A stretch of DNA of 64,000 nucleotides from an uncultured virus (IMG/VR IMGVR_UViG_3300034071_001420) (IMGVR_UViG_3300034071_001420), one strand, 5' to 3'. Positions 1 through 8,614 are shown, numbered from the stretch's first letter. The notes: generated by a model not told the origin, from the letters alone. Made by a program: numbers and translations.

Positions 1-413
1 CCGTTTGCAATAAGTGAAATCATATCACCGTCAAATGTGTAGAACGCCACAGGTCGGGCAGGGTAGCCAGCCCTCTTCAGGATTTGAACCATTCGCATTC
101 GTCCCACAGGATTCAACGAGTGGCAAATTGCTTCTCCAATATGTGGAGTGTGTTCACGAATCCAATCAGCAATAGCCGTACCGTCACGCCACCCCTGCTT
201 TTCGCTAGAGTAGTGAGCGTCCTCAAGATCGTGATCCAAAAACACCACATCCCACTTTCCGTTTTGAAGTTGTGTAATGGCTTCGTCGTAATTCTGCGCC
301 CACACAAATTCCACATGGGCGGTTTCAGCCCGCTTATACAGGTCTGTGAAAATATCCCAACGCTCGCGCATGTCGTCTACAAAAAGAATTCGTCGCTTGT
401 TTTTTGTGCTCAT
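1..413 (-). CDS. Cyclic-phosphate-processing receiver (cREC)-like protein, 3' end runs off the window
   Basis: Not in the ORF track. Manual translation from ATG at 413: MSTKNKRRILFVDDMRER...WDVVFLDHDLE...DGTAIADWI...CHSLNPVGRMRM. The LFVDD, FLDHDL and HSxNPxG motifs are characteristic of this phage-associated receiver-like family. Confidence 0.75.
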   Translation of the reverse strand, partial: MSTKNKRRILFVDDMRERWDIFTDLYKRAETAHVEFVWAQNYDEAITQLQNGKWDVVFLDHDLEDAHYSSEKQGWRDGTAIADWIREHTPHIGEAICHSLNPVGRMRMVQILKRAGYPARPVAFYTFDGDMISLIAN

Positions 414-506
414 TTTATCTCTTGTTTGAAAGTAGTAAACGGGTAAGAAACGCCCAAAACAGAAATCGTCCAAGATTTCTCCAATTGATTTCAGGAAAAT
501 TCGTGT

Positions 507-1052
507 TCATGCTTCTAGGGCGTAAGTATCATGTGTGTATATTTTCCGCGAACTCTTTCGCTTTTGTATACGGGACAAACGGGGCATTCGGGTCACGGGA
601 TGATACGAATCAATTCCGTTGGGATGCTCTGAAACGCGAAAGAATTCCGAAGGCAGGTCTGATTGCCCCGTATAGTCGGGATATCCGCCCGTGAAGTGGT
701 TCCAACTGAACATGTTTGAAACCACATCACGATATTTACAGGCTCGCAAGTAATTCAACACAGTCTCACATCTCTCTGGAGTAACCGTGCCCACAGGAAT
801 CCATCCGTCGCTGATGAAACCGTCCCACAGGTCGCGTGACACCGTTGTATCACACCGCACAAGGTGTACAGGTAAAGAGTAGATGCCGTTGGAAGGAGGA
901 TTGGCGTAATCGTAGAACTGCCTAGACGAGTATTGGCAAACCACAAACCGATTGGTCACGGTGCGTTCAAAGCACACGCAGTCGGGCAGCGATGGGTCGT
1001 TAATTTTGGGGTGACGCAGCAGCCACATGTCTACGAGTTCAGGCTTGTCCAT
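507..1052 (-). CDS. Hypothetical protein
   Basis: 181-aa ORF; ATG at 1052 lies 7 nt downstream of a sigma70-like -10 box. Confidence 0.7.
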   Translation of the reverse strand: MDKPELVDMWLLRHPKINDPSLPDCVCFERTVTNRFVVCQYSSRQFYDYANPPSNGIYSLPVHLVRCDTTVSRDLWDGFISDGWIPVGTVTPERCETVLNYLRACKYRDVVSNMFSWNHFTGGYPDYTGQSDLPSEFFRVSEHPNGIDSYHPVTRMPRLSRIQKRKSSRKIYTHDTYALEA

Positions 1053-1059
1053 ACACACA

Positions 1060-1087
1060 AATATACCACATTTCCTGCACGGGTCAA
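1060..1087 (-). promoter_or_regulatory. Sigma70-like early promoter, leaderless
   Basis: Minus strand TTGACC-N16-TATATT with TG extension, then tgtgtgt ATG. Confidence 0.65.
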
Positions 1088-1225
1088 GCCCTACGGATAT
1101 TTTTTTCTCAAAGCAGACAAAACAAATATTGCGCTGCTGGTTTTGTTGTGGACTTTAGGGATTAGTAATAGGTCAAGTTTACTTTCATAAATTTTTTGGT
1201 GAACACACAGAGTTCTATATACATA

Positions 1226-1304
1226 ACCTTTACCCGTATTGTTGAAAGTAGCGAAGCATCACTCCCGTAGAGCAGCCCCTCCACCCGAGGGGCTGTTTCT
1301 TTTT
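1226..1304 (+). ncRNA. Candidate small RNA
   Basis: Late-promoter-like ATACATA (1219-1225), then about 45 nt with no ORF, then a plus-strand intrinsic terminator. Both flanking genes are on the minus strand. Confidence 0.4.
1272..1304 (+). terminator. Intrinsic terminator
   Basis: CAGCCCCTC/GAGGGGCTG hairpin followed by TTTCTTTTT. Confidence 0.75.
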
Positions 1305-1306
1305 GG

Positions 1307-1338
1307 AAAAGAAAAAGGGCGGCATTTCTGCCGCCCCC
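1307..1338 (-). terminator. Intrinsic terminator of the 4669-1361 operon
   Basis: GGGCGGCA/TGCCGCCC hairpin with a minus-strand U-run. Confidence 0.75.
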
Positions 1339-1360
1339 TTCTTTGTGTATTGTTTTAATT

Positions 1361-3028
1361 TTATTCGAACTGATCGCCAATATCTGCTTCCAATTGGGTA
1401 GAAGATATGTTGATGTTGGTTCCGTCCTTTGGAATCAACCGTGAAGCAGTACTCTTGAATGCAACAGTAGTGTCCATTCCCTTGTGATTGGGTGCTTGGC
1501 TCAAATCCAACACAGAGTCGCCAAACATGGTGAGTTGAGCGACTTCCACATTGTTTTGATCGGCAATTCCGGAAGCAGGATAGAAACTGCCTCCGTACAT
1601 TACCGCCTCGTTAGTGTTTAGATTGCCAAGAACTCCAATGTTCCACTCGTATCCGCTGCCGTTCATGTTGTAGATGTAATTTATCGTAGACAGGTTAGTT
1701 CCCTTTGTGTTTGCATCACTTGATGGGTATCCAACCGTACAGATAGAACCAGCACTCAAACCATTTGAACCTAGTACTCCACTAACGGTTGGATTTAGTA
1801 TCAGGTTTCCATTGGTTGTAACTATCACTGTTCCTGCTGTGCCACCTGATGCACCGCCCTCGTATTGCGGATATGTGCAAACGAATCCACTGGTTGATGT
1901 GATATCGCCTTCCACATTCAGTGTTGATACTGATTTTACAATACCGTTTGAAGAGTCTCCAATTCGTAGTGTTCGTGTGTTGCTGCTTTGGTCAAACGAA
2001 ATGATATTATAATCGGTATAACTAAAAGGTTGTCCACCAGAGAATCCATTAGACACAAAAACTGGACTATTGGAACTAGTTGAATAAGCGTATCCAAATG
2101 CTGGTGCTAATACAAACTTATTGCAAACAAGCCCATTACCAAAAACGCTTCCTGATTTGGTGGATATCTGTCCCGTAACCGAATTCCAAAAACCAGCAAT
2201 AATAGAATCACCGTGTGGCAAAACATCGCCAATCGTGGTTGTTACGCCGGGTATTGCTCCATTATAAGCAGATTTATTTTGTTCAGTGCCTAATTTTGGA
2301 AGATTACCAACCGATGCTATCGAATAAAAATTATACGAACCGTCGTATGCGTAAGTTACCCCACCGAATGTGAATCCACTTCCAGCAGTATACCCACGGA
2401 AATAGCAACGAGTCGGATAGAAGGAACCATCGTATACATATCCCATTGTTCTAATAAACTTTTCACCTTGGAATTGGGTTGGCTTTGATAGTGTAAGAGT
2501 TGCAGCAGTTGCACCAGTGGAACCAAAATTTGAACTAAAGTATGCTGCGGTTTCTTCTCCGTCAGCGGTGCTTCCAGTTACACCGAACGCTTGTGCGGTA
2601 AACCCTAGTCTTCGGCATTGTGCTGCCCATTCGTTCAGAATGGTAGTGTTCAATTCACCACCAATTTGCGAGAACGGATATGAGGGTTGTACAGTAATAT
2701 AAACTGATCCTTTTTTAGCACTAATGGTTGAGCCTGCCGTGGTTCCACTCCAAGTCAAAGTAAGTCCAGTACCAGTACCAGTGGTTAAACCACCAAAAAG
2801 ACACGGCGAAAATGTGGGAATAGCAACAGGAGTATAAGCACTTGCTGCACCATAAACTGATCCAAAATAGACATAATCTCCACCGTATGGTAGACGAGAT
2901 GGAGTAACCCATTTTGCAAGAGTTGATCCTGCAACTGCGCTACTTGTGATTCGCCAATTCCCCAAACTGTGCCAAGACAAAGAGTTGATGTTTCCAGCGG
3001 TTGATCCTACCCAGTAGTAATTTGCCAT
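1361..3028 (-). CDS. Gly/Ser/Thr-rich putative virion or adhesin-like protein, paralogue A
   Basis: 555 aa; N-terminal YYWVGS...W..LGNWR; colinear with the 3056-4669 protein (SPxLFGG, YPFSQIGG, EKxIR, CTxGYPS). Confidence 0.6.
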   Translation of the reverse strand: MANYYWVGSTAGNINSLSWHSLGNWRITSSAVAGSTLAKWVTPSRLPYGGDYVYFGSVYGAASAYTPVAIPTFSPCLFGGLTTGTGTGLTLTWSGTTAGSTISAKKGSVYITVQPSYPFSQIGGELNTTILNEWAAQCRRLGFTAQAFGVTGSTADGEETAAYFSSNFGSTGATAATLTLSKPTQFQGEKFIRTMGYVYDGSFYPTRCYFRGYTAGSGFTFGGVTYAYDGSYNFYSIASVGNLPKLGTEQNKSAYNGAIPGVTTTIGDVLPHGDSIIAGFWNSVTGQISTKSGSVFGNGLVCNKFVLAPAFGYAYSTSSNSPVFVSNGFSGGQPFSYTDYNIISFDQSSNTRTLRIGDSSNGIVKSVSTLNVEGDITSTSGFVCTYPQYEGGASGGTAGTVIVTTNGNLILNPTVSGVLGSNGLSAGSICTVGYPSSDANTKGTNLSTINYIYNMNGSGYEWNIGVLGNLNTNEAVMYGGSFYPASGIADQNNVEVAQLTMFGDSVLDLSQAPNHKGMDTTVAFKSTASRLIPKDGTNINISSTQLEADIGDQFE

Positions 3029-3055
3029 TGTGGTGTTTCCTTTTTAGATTTTAGA

Positions 3056-4669
3056 TTACTGCTCGCTTGCTAATTCGTCCGAACCAAGAGTGAGACGGGT
3101 TCCAATGTTTGGAATGATTCGTACACCCGTGGAATAGCACTTGACGGTACTGACGAATCCACGGTACGAAGGTGCTCGGCTCAAATCAACCACGGCTACA
3201 CCGTTTGCAATAATATTGGTTATGGTTAGAGTGTCGTTGTTTCCGATGTACGGCGACACATACACAGTTCCACCAAACGAGTACAGATTTGTGGTGGTAA
3301 AGTTGCCCTGAATCTCAATGTTCCATTCTGGGCCAACTCCTGCATTGCTGTACAGGTTGGTAATGGTGGTAAGGTTTTGTTCTTTCAGATTTGCTGTGGT
3401 TGACGGATAGCCAATGGTGCAAACGGGTGGCACAGAATCGTCTTCTCCGATTGGTGGAGACAACCACAGGCTACCGGGGAACACTTCAGTATTGGTTGAT
3501 CCACCTGATAGTCCGGCAGAAGCCTGTACGGCACAAGTAAATCCTCCATTGGGAGTAATATCACCTTCAATATTGACTACCCCAATAGAGTTCATGTAAC
3601 CCACGGTTCCGTATGTGCCAAGAATCAAATACCGAGCAGTACTGGTTTGACTCATGGTCAGATTACCTAGATTAAATCCACTATACGATGTGCTGTTGGT
3701 GCGTGTGGTGTAGTGGTTGGGATACGAGGCTGTGGTATTTTCGTAACCGTGATTGGGTGACAACTGAATCAGGTTAGCGTTGAGTGAATCCAGTTCAATG
3801 TCTCCACCGGTGCTGTTGTTGATTTGAGTAATGCTGTTCCAATTTCCAGCAAGTGACACAGAACCGTGAGTGTATATGCTGCCGTTTGGGGTAGGAACTG
3901 TTCCGGTAGATGCTCCGCTGTTTTGTGCGGTTCCGTATGGGCGCACTATCGCGCTGCCACGCTTATAGAAATTTTCAGAACCGTCAACCTTGTATGCGGT
4001 AATGCCTGAACCGCAAGCACCAGTTACACCACGGAAAAAGCACTTGGTTGGGCTTTGTGAGTAATCAGTAACCGTTCCCTTTACACGAATGTATTTTTCA
4101 TTTTCAAAATCTGTTGGTCTGGAAACACCAAACCCGCCGGTTCCACTAAACACACTAATCGAGAATGTTGCAGAAGTTGTGCCTTCCACTTTTCCGGGAT
4201 CCAAAACAAACAATGAAGTGTTTGGATACCCATTGTTTCTAACAGTTTCCGCCCATTCGTTTAGAACGGTGCTAGTCAAATCGCCACCTATTTGTGAGAA
4301 CGGGTATGTGGGGCGAACAGTCAGATAAATTTCTCCAAACCTTTCAAGAGTGGTTCCGCCTGCTGTGGAACCGTACCATTGTGCTGTTGCGCCGTCTGCA
4401 AGGGTGTTTCCTGTTGATGTTCCACCAAACAGAAGTGGAGAGTAGATTACTGGTGCTACTGGTTCATATTTCCCTGCGGGTTCGGTGCTGTGTCCAAAAT
4501 ATACAATATCGCCACCCATAGGAAAACGGTCTGCTGCCGATAGAGTTGCAACTGTGGCTCCGGGTGTGTTTGGAATAACCAAAGTTCTCCAATTTCCTAG
4601 ACCGCTCCAAGACAGAGAATCGTTGCTGTCAGCAGTAGAACCTACCCAGTAAAATGTTTGTGATGGCAT
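3056..4669 (-). CDS. Gly/Ser/Thr-rich putative virion or adhesin-like protein, paralogue B
   Basis: 537 aa; same motif series as 1361-3028; late-promoter-like ATAAATA upstream (4723-4729). Confidence 0.6.
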   Translation of the reverse strand: MPSQTFYWVGSTADSNDSLSWSGLGNWRTLVIPNTPGATVATLSAADRFPMGGDIVYFGHSTEPAGKYEPVAPVIYSPLLFGGTSTGNTLADGATAQWYGSTAGGTTLERFGEIYLTVRPTYPFSQIGGDLTSTVLNEWAETVRNNGYPNTSLFVLDPGKVEGTTSATFSISVFSGTGGFGVSRPTDFENEKYIRVKGTVTDYSQSPTKCFFRGVTGACGSGITAYKVDGSENFYKRGSAIVRPYGTAQNSGASTGTVPTPNGSIYTHGSVSLAGNWNSITQINNSTGGDIELDSLNANLIQLSPNHGYENTTASYPNHYTTRTNSTSYSGFNLGNLTMSQTSTARYLILGTYGTVGYMNSIGVVNIEGDITPNGGFTCAVQASAGLSGGSTNTEVFPGSLWLSPPIGEDDSVPPVCTIGYPSTTANLKEQNLTTITNLYSNAGVGPEWNIEIQGNFTTTNLYSFGGTVYVSPYIGNNDTLTITNIIANGVAVVDLSRAPSYRGFVSTVKCYSTGVRIIPNIGTRLTLGSDELASEQ

Positions 4670-4896
4670 TTGGATTTCCTTGAATGGCGGGGGGTATCAC
4701 GACAAATTTGTCAATTTTAGAGTATTTATGCTTGCAGACGCTCCCACTATCCAACAATAAAAAATACACCAGTCCCCGTTTCTGCACCAAAAACAGGCAA
4801 CACCGAATAAAGTATGGGATGGGGTTGTGTGATCCTCCACAAGCCACGCTAGATACTGCACCCTTCGTGTGGAGGGCATTTTCTTAAAGGAGAAGA

Positions 4897-5655
4897 TTGA
4901 TGAAGACTACTTTTGCAACTTTACTACTCGGCGCACTTGCCACCGTGGCTAGTGCACAAACGGCTCCTGAAGCCAAGGCTCCCGTCACCGCTCCCTCTGC
5001 TGCTCTGTTCAACAGCGTGAGTGTGGACGAGACTTTGGTCTTCTGGGGCAAGACCAATGTTGACACCGTTGTGGAACTTGACTCGTCTGTAAAGGGCAAG
5101 TTGTACGACCTCGTGGGTTGGCACATTACTGTTCCCGTGTACTCGCAAGACACCACTGGATACGGTGCAATCGACCTTGGTGTTGACTACGCTCTGGTCA
5201 AGGGCGTAAAGTTTCTTGGTGCTGACACCAACTTTGCCGTTGAAGGTGGCGCGTGGATGCCCACAGGCTCGGCTGGTTACGGCACTGATAATGTGAATCC
5301 CCATGTTGGTTTCAATTACGACATGACTTGGGGTTCGATGGTATACGCTCAAACCTTTGATGTGCGTTGGGTTGGATCGTATGCGTATAGTCCCGTGTTT
5401 GGTAATTTTAACAACTACGGTTTGAATGCCGAGTCGTTTGTTGCCTACAAGTGGAGCAGCCTACAGGTCGGCGTAGACCTGAACCAATGGTACACCGAGG
5501 GCAGCAATGTGGCTTTCCTTGGCCCAAAGGCGGAATGGGCTGTTTCACACAATGTTGACCTGAACGCAGGCTTCGGCGTTCCCGTATGGCAGGAAGTAAA
5601 CGCTGCCAACGAGAACTCGTGGGCTGTGACTCTGGGTCTTGGTATCAAGTTCTAA
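4897..5655 (+). CDS. Outer-membrane beta-barrel protein
   Basis: Sec signal peptide (MKTTFATLLLGALATVASA-Q), alternating amphipathic beta strands, C-terminal beta-signal VTLGLGIKF, strong RBS AAGGAG. Confidence 0.8.
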   Translation: MMKTTFATLLLGALATVASAQTAPEAKAPVTAPSAALFNSVSVDETLVFWGKTNVDTVVELDSSVKGKLYDLVGWHITVPVYSQDTTGYGAIDLGVDYALVKGVKFLGADTNFAVEGGAWMPTGSAGYGTDNVNPHVGFNYDMTWGSMVYAQTFDVRWVGSYAYSPVFGNFNNYGLNAESFVAYKWSSLQVGVDLNQWYTEGSNVAFLGPKAEWAVSHNVDLNAGFGVPVWQEVNAANENSWAVTLGLGIKF

Positions 5656-5674
5656 TTCTTAAAGGAGAATACAA

Positions 5675-5827
5675 ATGAAGAACACTAATTGCCCCGTTAC
5701 TGGTTGCTTCTGCTGGAAGAACCCACTACAACTCGCTGGTTTTCTTGCTCTGCTGCCCTTCGCTGTGAAGGGTGCTGTGTGGGCATGGAACGCGGTGGGT
5801 GCGGCTCTTGCTGCGTGCTGCAAGTAA
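5675..5827 (+). CDS. Small Cys-rich membrane protein, 50 aa
   Basis: Below the track cutoff. RBS AAAGGAG; MKNTNCPVTGCFCWKNPLQLAGFLALLPFAVKGAVWAWNAVGAALAACCK. Confidence 0.65.
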   Translation: MKNTNCPVTGCFCWKNPLQLAGFLALLPFAVKGAVWAWNAVGAALAACCK

Positions 5828-5847
5828 TCTGTAACTGTACAGACACG

Positions 5848-5881
5848 AAGGGGACGGCAGAAATGCCGTCCCTTTTCATTT
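5848..5881. terminator. Terminator between convergent genes
   Basis: GGGACGGCA-GAAA-TGCCGTCCC hairpin followed by TTTT. Confidence 0.75.
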
Positions 5882-6182
5882 AGATTTCACCGCCGTCAAT
5901 CACATACACAACCGCACCTGTTGCGCCGTTGAAACTGCTGACACCCTGCACATGCCCTGTTGCACCGTTAAACGACAACACACCGGCTGAGCCGGTTGAG
6001 CCTTGTGACGGTAATGGAATTTCTCCCGCTATCAGTTCATCTCTAAAAATAGCATCCAAATCGCTTGCAACAATGAACGAAAGATTGTTTACTTCAACCA
6101 CTTGATTGACGCTCAACGCATCGCTGGTTAAAATTTCAGCGTGCCCTGTTGCGCCATCAAGCCTTGGATACTGTAGTGTCAT
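5880..6182 (-). CDS. Small fibre-like structural protein
   Basis: Two SFNGATG repeats and C-terminal IDGG, shared with the tail-fibre cluster proteins. Confidence 0.55.
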   Translation of the reverse strand: MTLQYPRLDGATGHAEILTSDALSVNQVVEVNNLSFIVASDLDAIFRDELIAGEIPLPSQGSTGSAGVLSFNGATGHVQGVSSFNGATGAVVYVIDGGEI

Positions 6183-6200
6183 GTGCGCTCCCGTTTGTGG

Positions 6201-6743
6201 TTAGCGGCAGTTCCACTTTCGCAGCGACTTGTTGATTCGTGAATCAGGATCGTTTGCAGTTTTAGCAGAAGTAAGTTTGTTCTTCATGCCCTGCATTCGT
6301 GAGCAAAACGATTTGCGACGCTTTGCACTCTTGGAACCGGGTTTGAGTTTACTGGGCTTGGTGGTTACAGCCGTTTGCAGTTTGCTGCCCGGATTGGCTC
6401 GGCGATACGATTCCACGCCCGCCTTGTTTAGCCCGCCTTCAGGATTCTTGCCTTCCTTGCGCTGCCATGCAGCCACGGCTTCGTTCACGGTATCGCCCAC
6501 CATGTAGTTGCGAACACTTGAAATGTAGTCCGCAGCCTTGGTGATTTTGCTCTGTACCCACGCTTCAATTTCCTCGTCTTCACCCAGCATCTTGAGGAGT
6601 TCTTGTGCGTTGGCAATCAATGACTTGAGTTCGCCACGAGACATCTCGCCTTCGTAGTCGCCTTCCACACCGCTGCCCGGAGCCTCGTCCAAACGGGAAA
6701 TGCTTTCATTCAGTGCACGGTATTTGCTGGAATTAAATCGCAT
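6201..6743 (-). CDS. Putative head-internal protein, T4-like phage conserved modules
   Basis: N-terminal RALNESI; WVQSKITKAADYI module; AWQRKEGKNPEGGLN...RRKSFCSRM...SRINKSLRKWNC module recalled from T4-like cyanophage hypotheticals; CTAAATA upstream. Confidence 0.7.
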   Translation of the reverse strand: MRFNSSKYRALNESISRLDEAPGSGVEGDYEGEMSRGELKSLIANAQELLKMLGEDEEIEAWVQSKITKAADYISSVRNYMVGDTVNEAVAAWQRKEGKNPEGGLNKAGVESYRRANPGSKLQTAVTTKPSKLKPGSKSAKRRKSFCSRMQGMKNKLTSAKTANDPDSRINKSLRKWNCR

Positions 6744-6803
6744 AGAATCCTCCGCTGTATTTAGATTTTTTTATGGGTGTTCTACATACGGTGGAGGAAA
6801 TAT

Positions 6804-7478
6804 ATGACAAATTGGAACACAACCAAATCCCTGAAAGCCGCACGAAACAACGCATTGGCTGGTGTGCAGCCACCCACTCCTCCTGATTTTTCAGATATTG
6901 GTACTCCCCCAACCATTGATGTGGGTGGAGTCACTACTGATTTTGTGTTTGGTATACCGGGTGTGGTTCCCCAACGGGCAGACATTAGTGAGGCTGTGGT
7001 GGAAGAAACGATTGAACGGTGGCCCGCTCGTCCGCGTCCAGCCGGATTCCCGTTGAAATATCAAGGCTTGGATGCCGGTGGTTTGGACGCAGAATTCATC
7101 ACGGTAACAGGTCTGACCGCTTCAGTAATCACCGCAAACACATGGGTGGGTTACTATCCGGGGCTGTCGTCCACTACTCAAGTAGGCGTGGCGAGCCAAC
7201 TCACAGCAGGCGTGCCTGTGTCGTTCACCATTGCAGGTGGTGTGTCGTTGTACGGAACTGCGTATACGCCTCCTGTCACAACGGTGTACGCAGTGGACGG
7301 CAGCACTGCAGGCACGCAATGGAACGGAACTATTAGCGCGGTAAACTACTCCACCAATACGCTTACCGTGATTCCTGCGTATGTCAGCAGAACTGTGCTG
7401 ATTGGCGATCCCACACAGGTGTGGTCGCTGTACCACACCGCCGCAGAAGCAGCCGAAGGCGAAGCCGAAGCCGAATAA
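6804..7478 (+). CDS. Hypothetical Thr/Pro/Gly-rich protein, possibly structural
   Basis: RBS GGAGG; late-promoter-like CTACATA at 6782. Confidence 0.65.
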   Translation: MTNWNTTKSLKAARNNALAGVQPPTPPDFSDIGTPPTIDVGGVTTDFVFGIPGVVPQRADISEAVVEETIERWPARPRPAGFPLKYQGLDAGGLDAEFITVTGLTASVITANTWVGYYPGLSSTTQVGVASQLTAGVPVSFTIAGGVSLYGTAYTPPVTTVYAVDGSTAGTQWNGTISAVNYSTNTLTVIPAYVSRTVLIGDPTQVWSLYHTAAEAAEGEAEAE

Positions 7479-7515
7479 AAAAAGAGGGGAGTCCCGTTAC
7501 CCGTGGGACTCCCCC
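7477..7515 (-). terminator. Intrinsic terminator, U-run on the minus strand only
   Basis: GGGGAGTCCC/GGGACTCCCC hairpin preceded by an A7 run on the plus strand. Confidence 0.75.
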
Positions 7516-7516
7516 T

Positions 7517-7603
7517 ACTATGGCGGTCGAAAGGTAGCGAAGTTCCTTTGCATGAGTAGCGTAATCTGTTCGCACAGTCCACGCCAACCCAGACCGTAAC
7601 TAT
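7517..7603 (+). ncRNA. Candidate permuted 23S rRNA domain IV-like RNA element (expressed strand uncertain)
   Basis: Blocks match recalled E. coli 23S positions 1913-1944 (27/32), 1963-1979 (14/17), 1829-1838 (8/10) and 1906-1917 (11/12); terminal ACTAT direct repeat. Confidence 0.6.
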
Positions 7604-7645
7604 TTAGGTTTCCTGTGGTTGCAACTTTACGATTTTTTTATCGCC

Positions 7646-8086
7646 TTACACCGCGTCCCACTTGCCCTCCCACCGATACCAAATCTTGCGGTTGGCCCAA
7701 TACTCTAAACCAAAATTCATGCACGCGCTCCACAACTCTCGTGCCTGACTCCATGTCATGCTAGCCTTGCCGTCAACAAACAGGTGGGGAATGTGGATGG
7801 TGTACACACTACGCAACCACACCTCGCGCTTCAGGCTTTGCGGATTCAGCCATGCGCGTGCGTGTGCCCCGTAACCACAAACCGTAACATCCATGCCGTC
7901 CACACGCCACTTGCGACGGTGGCACACCCAACTAGGCGTGAACGCCAAAACGGTGGTGGTGTCGCCGCCCACAACACCGTCACACACCCGCCACCCGTGC
8001 ATGGTGGGCAGCGGGTACTCTTGCGTAATATCTAGTGGCTCCTTTGGTGGCAGCGGCGTGAGTAATGTGGACGAGAAGTAGTTCAC
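7646..8086 (-). CDS. Hypothetical Trp-rich protein
   Basis: 146-aa ORF starting 3 nt after the upstream gene's stop. Confidence 0.6.
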   Translation of the reverse strand: MNYFSSTLLTPLPPKEPLDITQEYPLPTMHGWRVCDGVVGGDTTTVLAFTPSWVCHRRKWRVDGMDVTVCGYGAHARAWLNPQSLKREVWLRSVYTIHIPHLFVDGKASMTWSQARELWSACMNFGLEYWANRKIWYRWEGKWDAV

Positions 8087-8089
8087 GGT

Positions 8090-8485
8090 TTACGCCTTGA
8101 CCTCTACCGACACCACCGCATCCAACTCTGCTTGTGAAAGCAGCACCGTGGGCGCGCATCGGCTTGCGTCCGCAACACTGGTGTGCCAACCGCTACGAAT
8201 CAGCAGTCTCCACGCAAGACGAGCGGTTTCCGTGTATATAATAATCGTGCCAGATTCGGTCTTGTGCTTGCGATTGTACCTACGCGCCAGCGTGCCTATG
8301 ATTGGTGTGCGTGCCCACAGCGGTGATTCCGGCGATGCCATAGTCATGGTGCACTTTCGGGTTTCGTGGTCAGGAGCGAATTCCACATAGTAGTTGTACG
8401 GATGCACGGTGGTGATGTTGTGCTTTGCACCGGGTGTGCGTGGTTCCGCGAATCGTGCCCACAAGCGGTAAACGGGTTGTGTCAT
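8090..8485 (-). CDS. Hypothetical early protein
   Basis: ATG at 8485, 6 nt after TATACT of a sigma70-like promoter. Confidence 0.65.
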   Translation of the reverse strand: MTQPVYRLWARFAEPRTPGAKHNITTVHPYNYYVEFAPDHETRKCTMTMASPESPLWARTPIIGTLARRYNRKHKTESGTIIIYTETARLAWRLLIRSGWHTSVADASRCAPTVLLSQAELDAVVSVEVKA

Positions 8486-8491
8486 GCCCCT

Positions 8492-8519
8492 AGTATAACA
8501 CACCCCTGTGGGAGTGCAA
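8492..8519 (-). promoter_or_regulatory. Sigma70-like early promoter, leaderless
   Basis: TTGCAC-N16-TATACT-aggggc-ATG. Confidence 0.65.
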
Positions 8520-8614
8520 TGGTGTGGAATATTTTTTTCGTCCAGTGTGGAATTAAAACTTTACCTGTTACCGTAATAGTTTAAGTGCTTCCCGCACCAG
8601 CGCGTGCCGTGCCC

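Noticed and set aside
1279..1289. CTCCACCCGAG matching a recalled E. coli 23S segment
   Set aside because: Only 11 nt, in a variable rRNA region, and part of a terminator hairpin; likely chance.
7518..7553. Mini-ORF MQRNFATFRPP on the minus strand
   Set aside because: No RBS; the sequence is better explained by rRNA similarity.
7517..7603. True rRNA gene, host contamination, group I intron or homing-endonuclease (I-CeuI) site
   Set aside because: Only 87 nt, permuted and with whole helices deleted, flanked by phage signals; no intron core seen, and the I-CeuI core CCTAA is altered.
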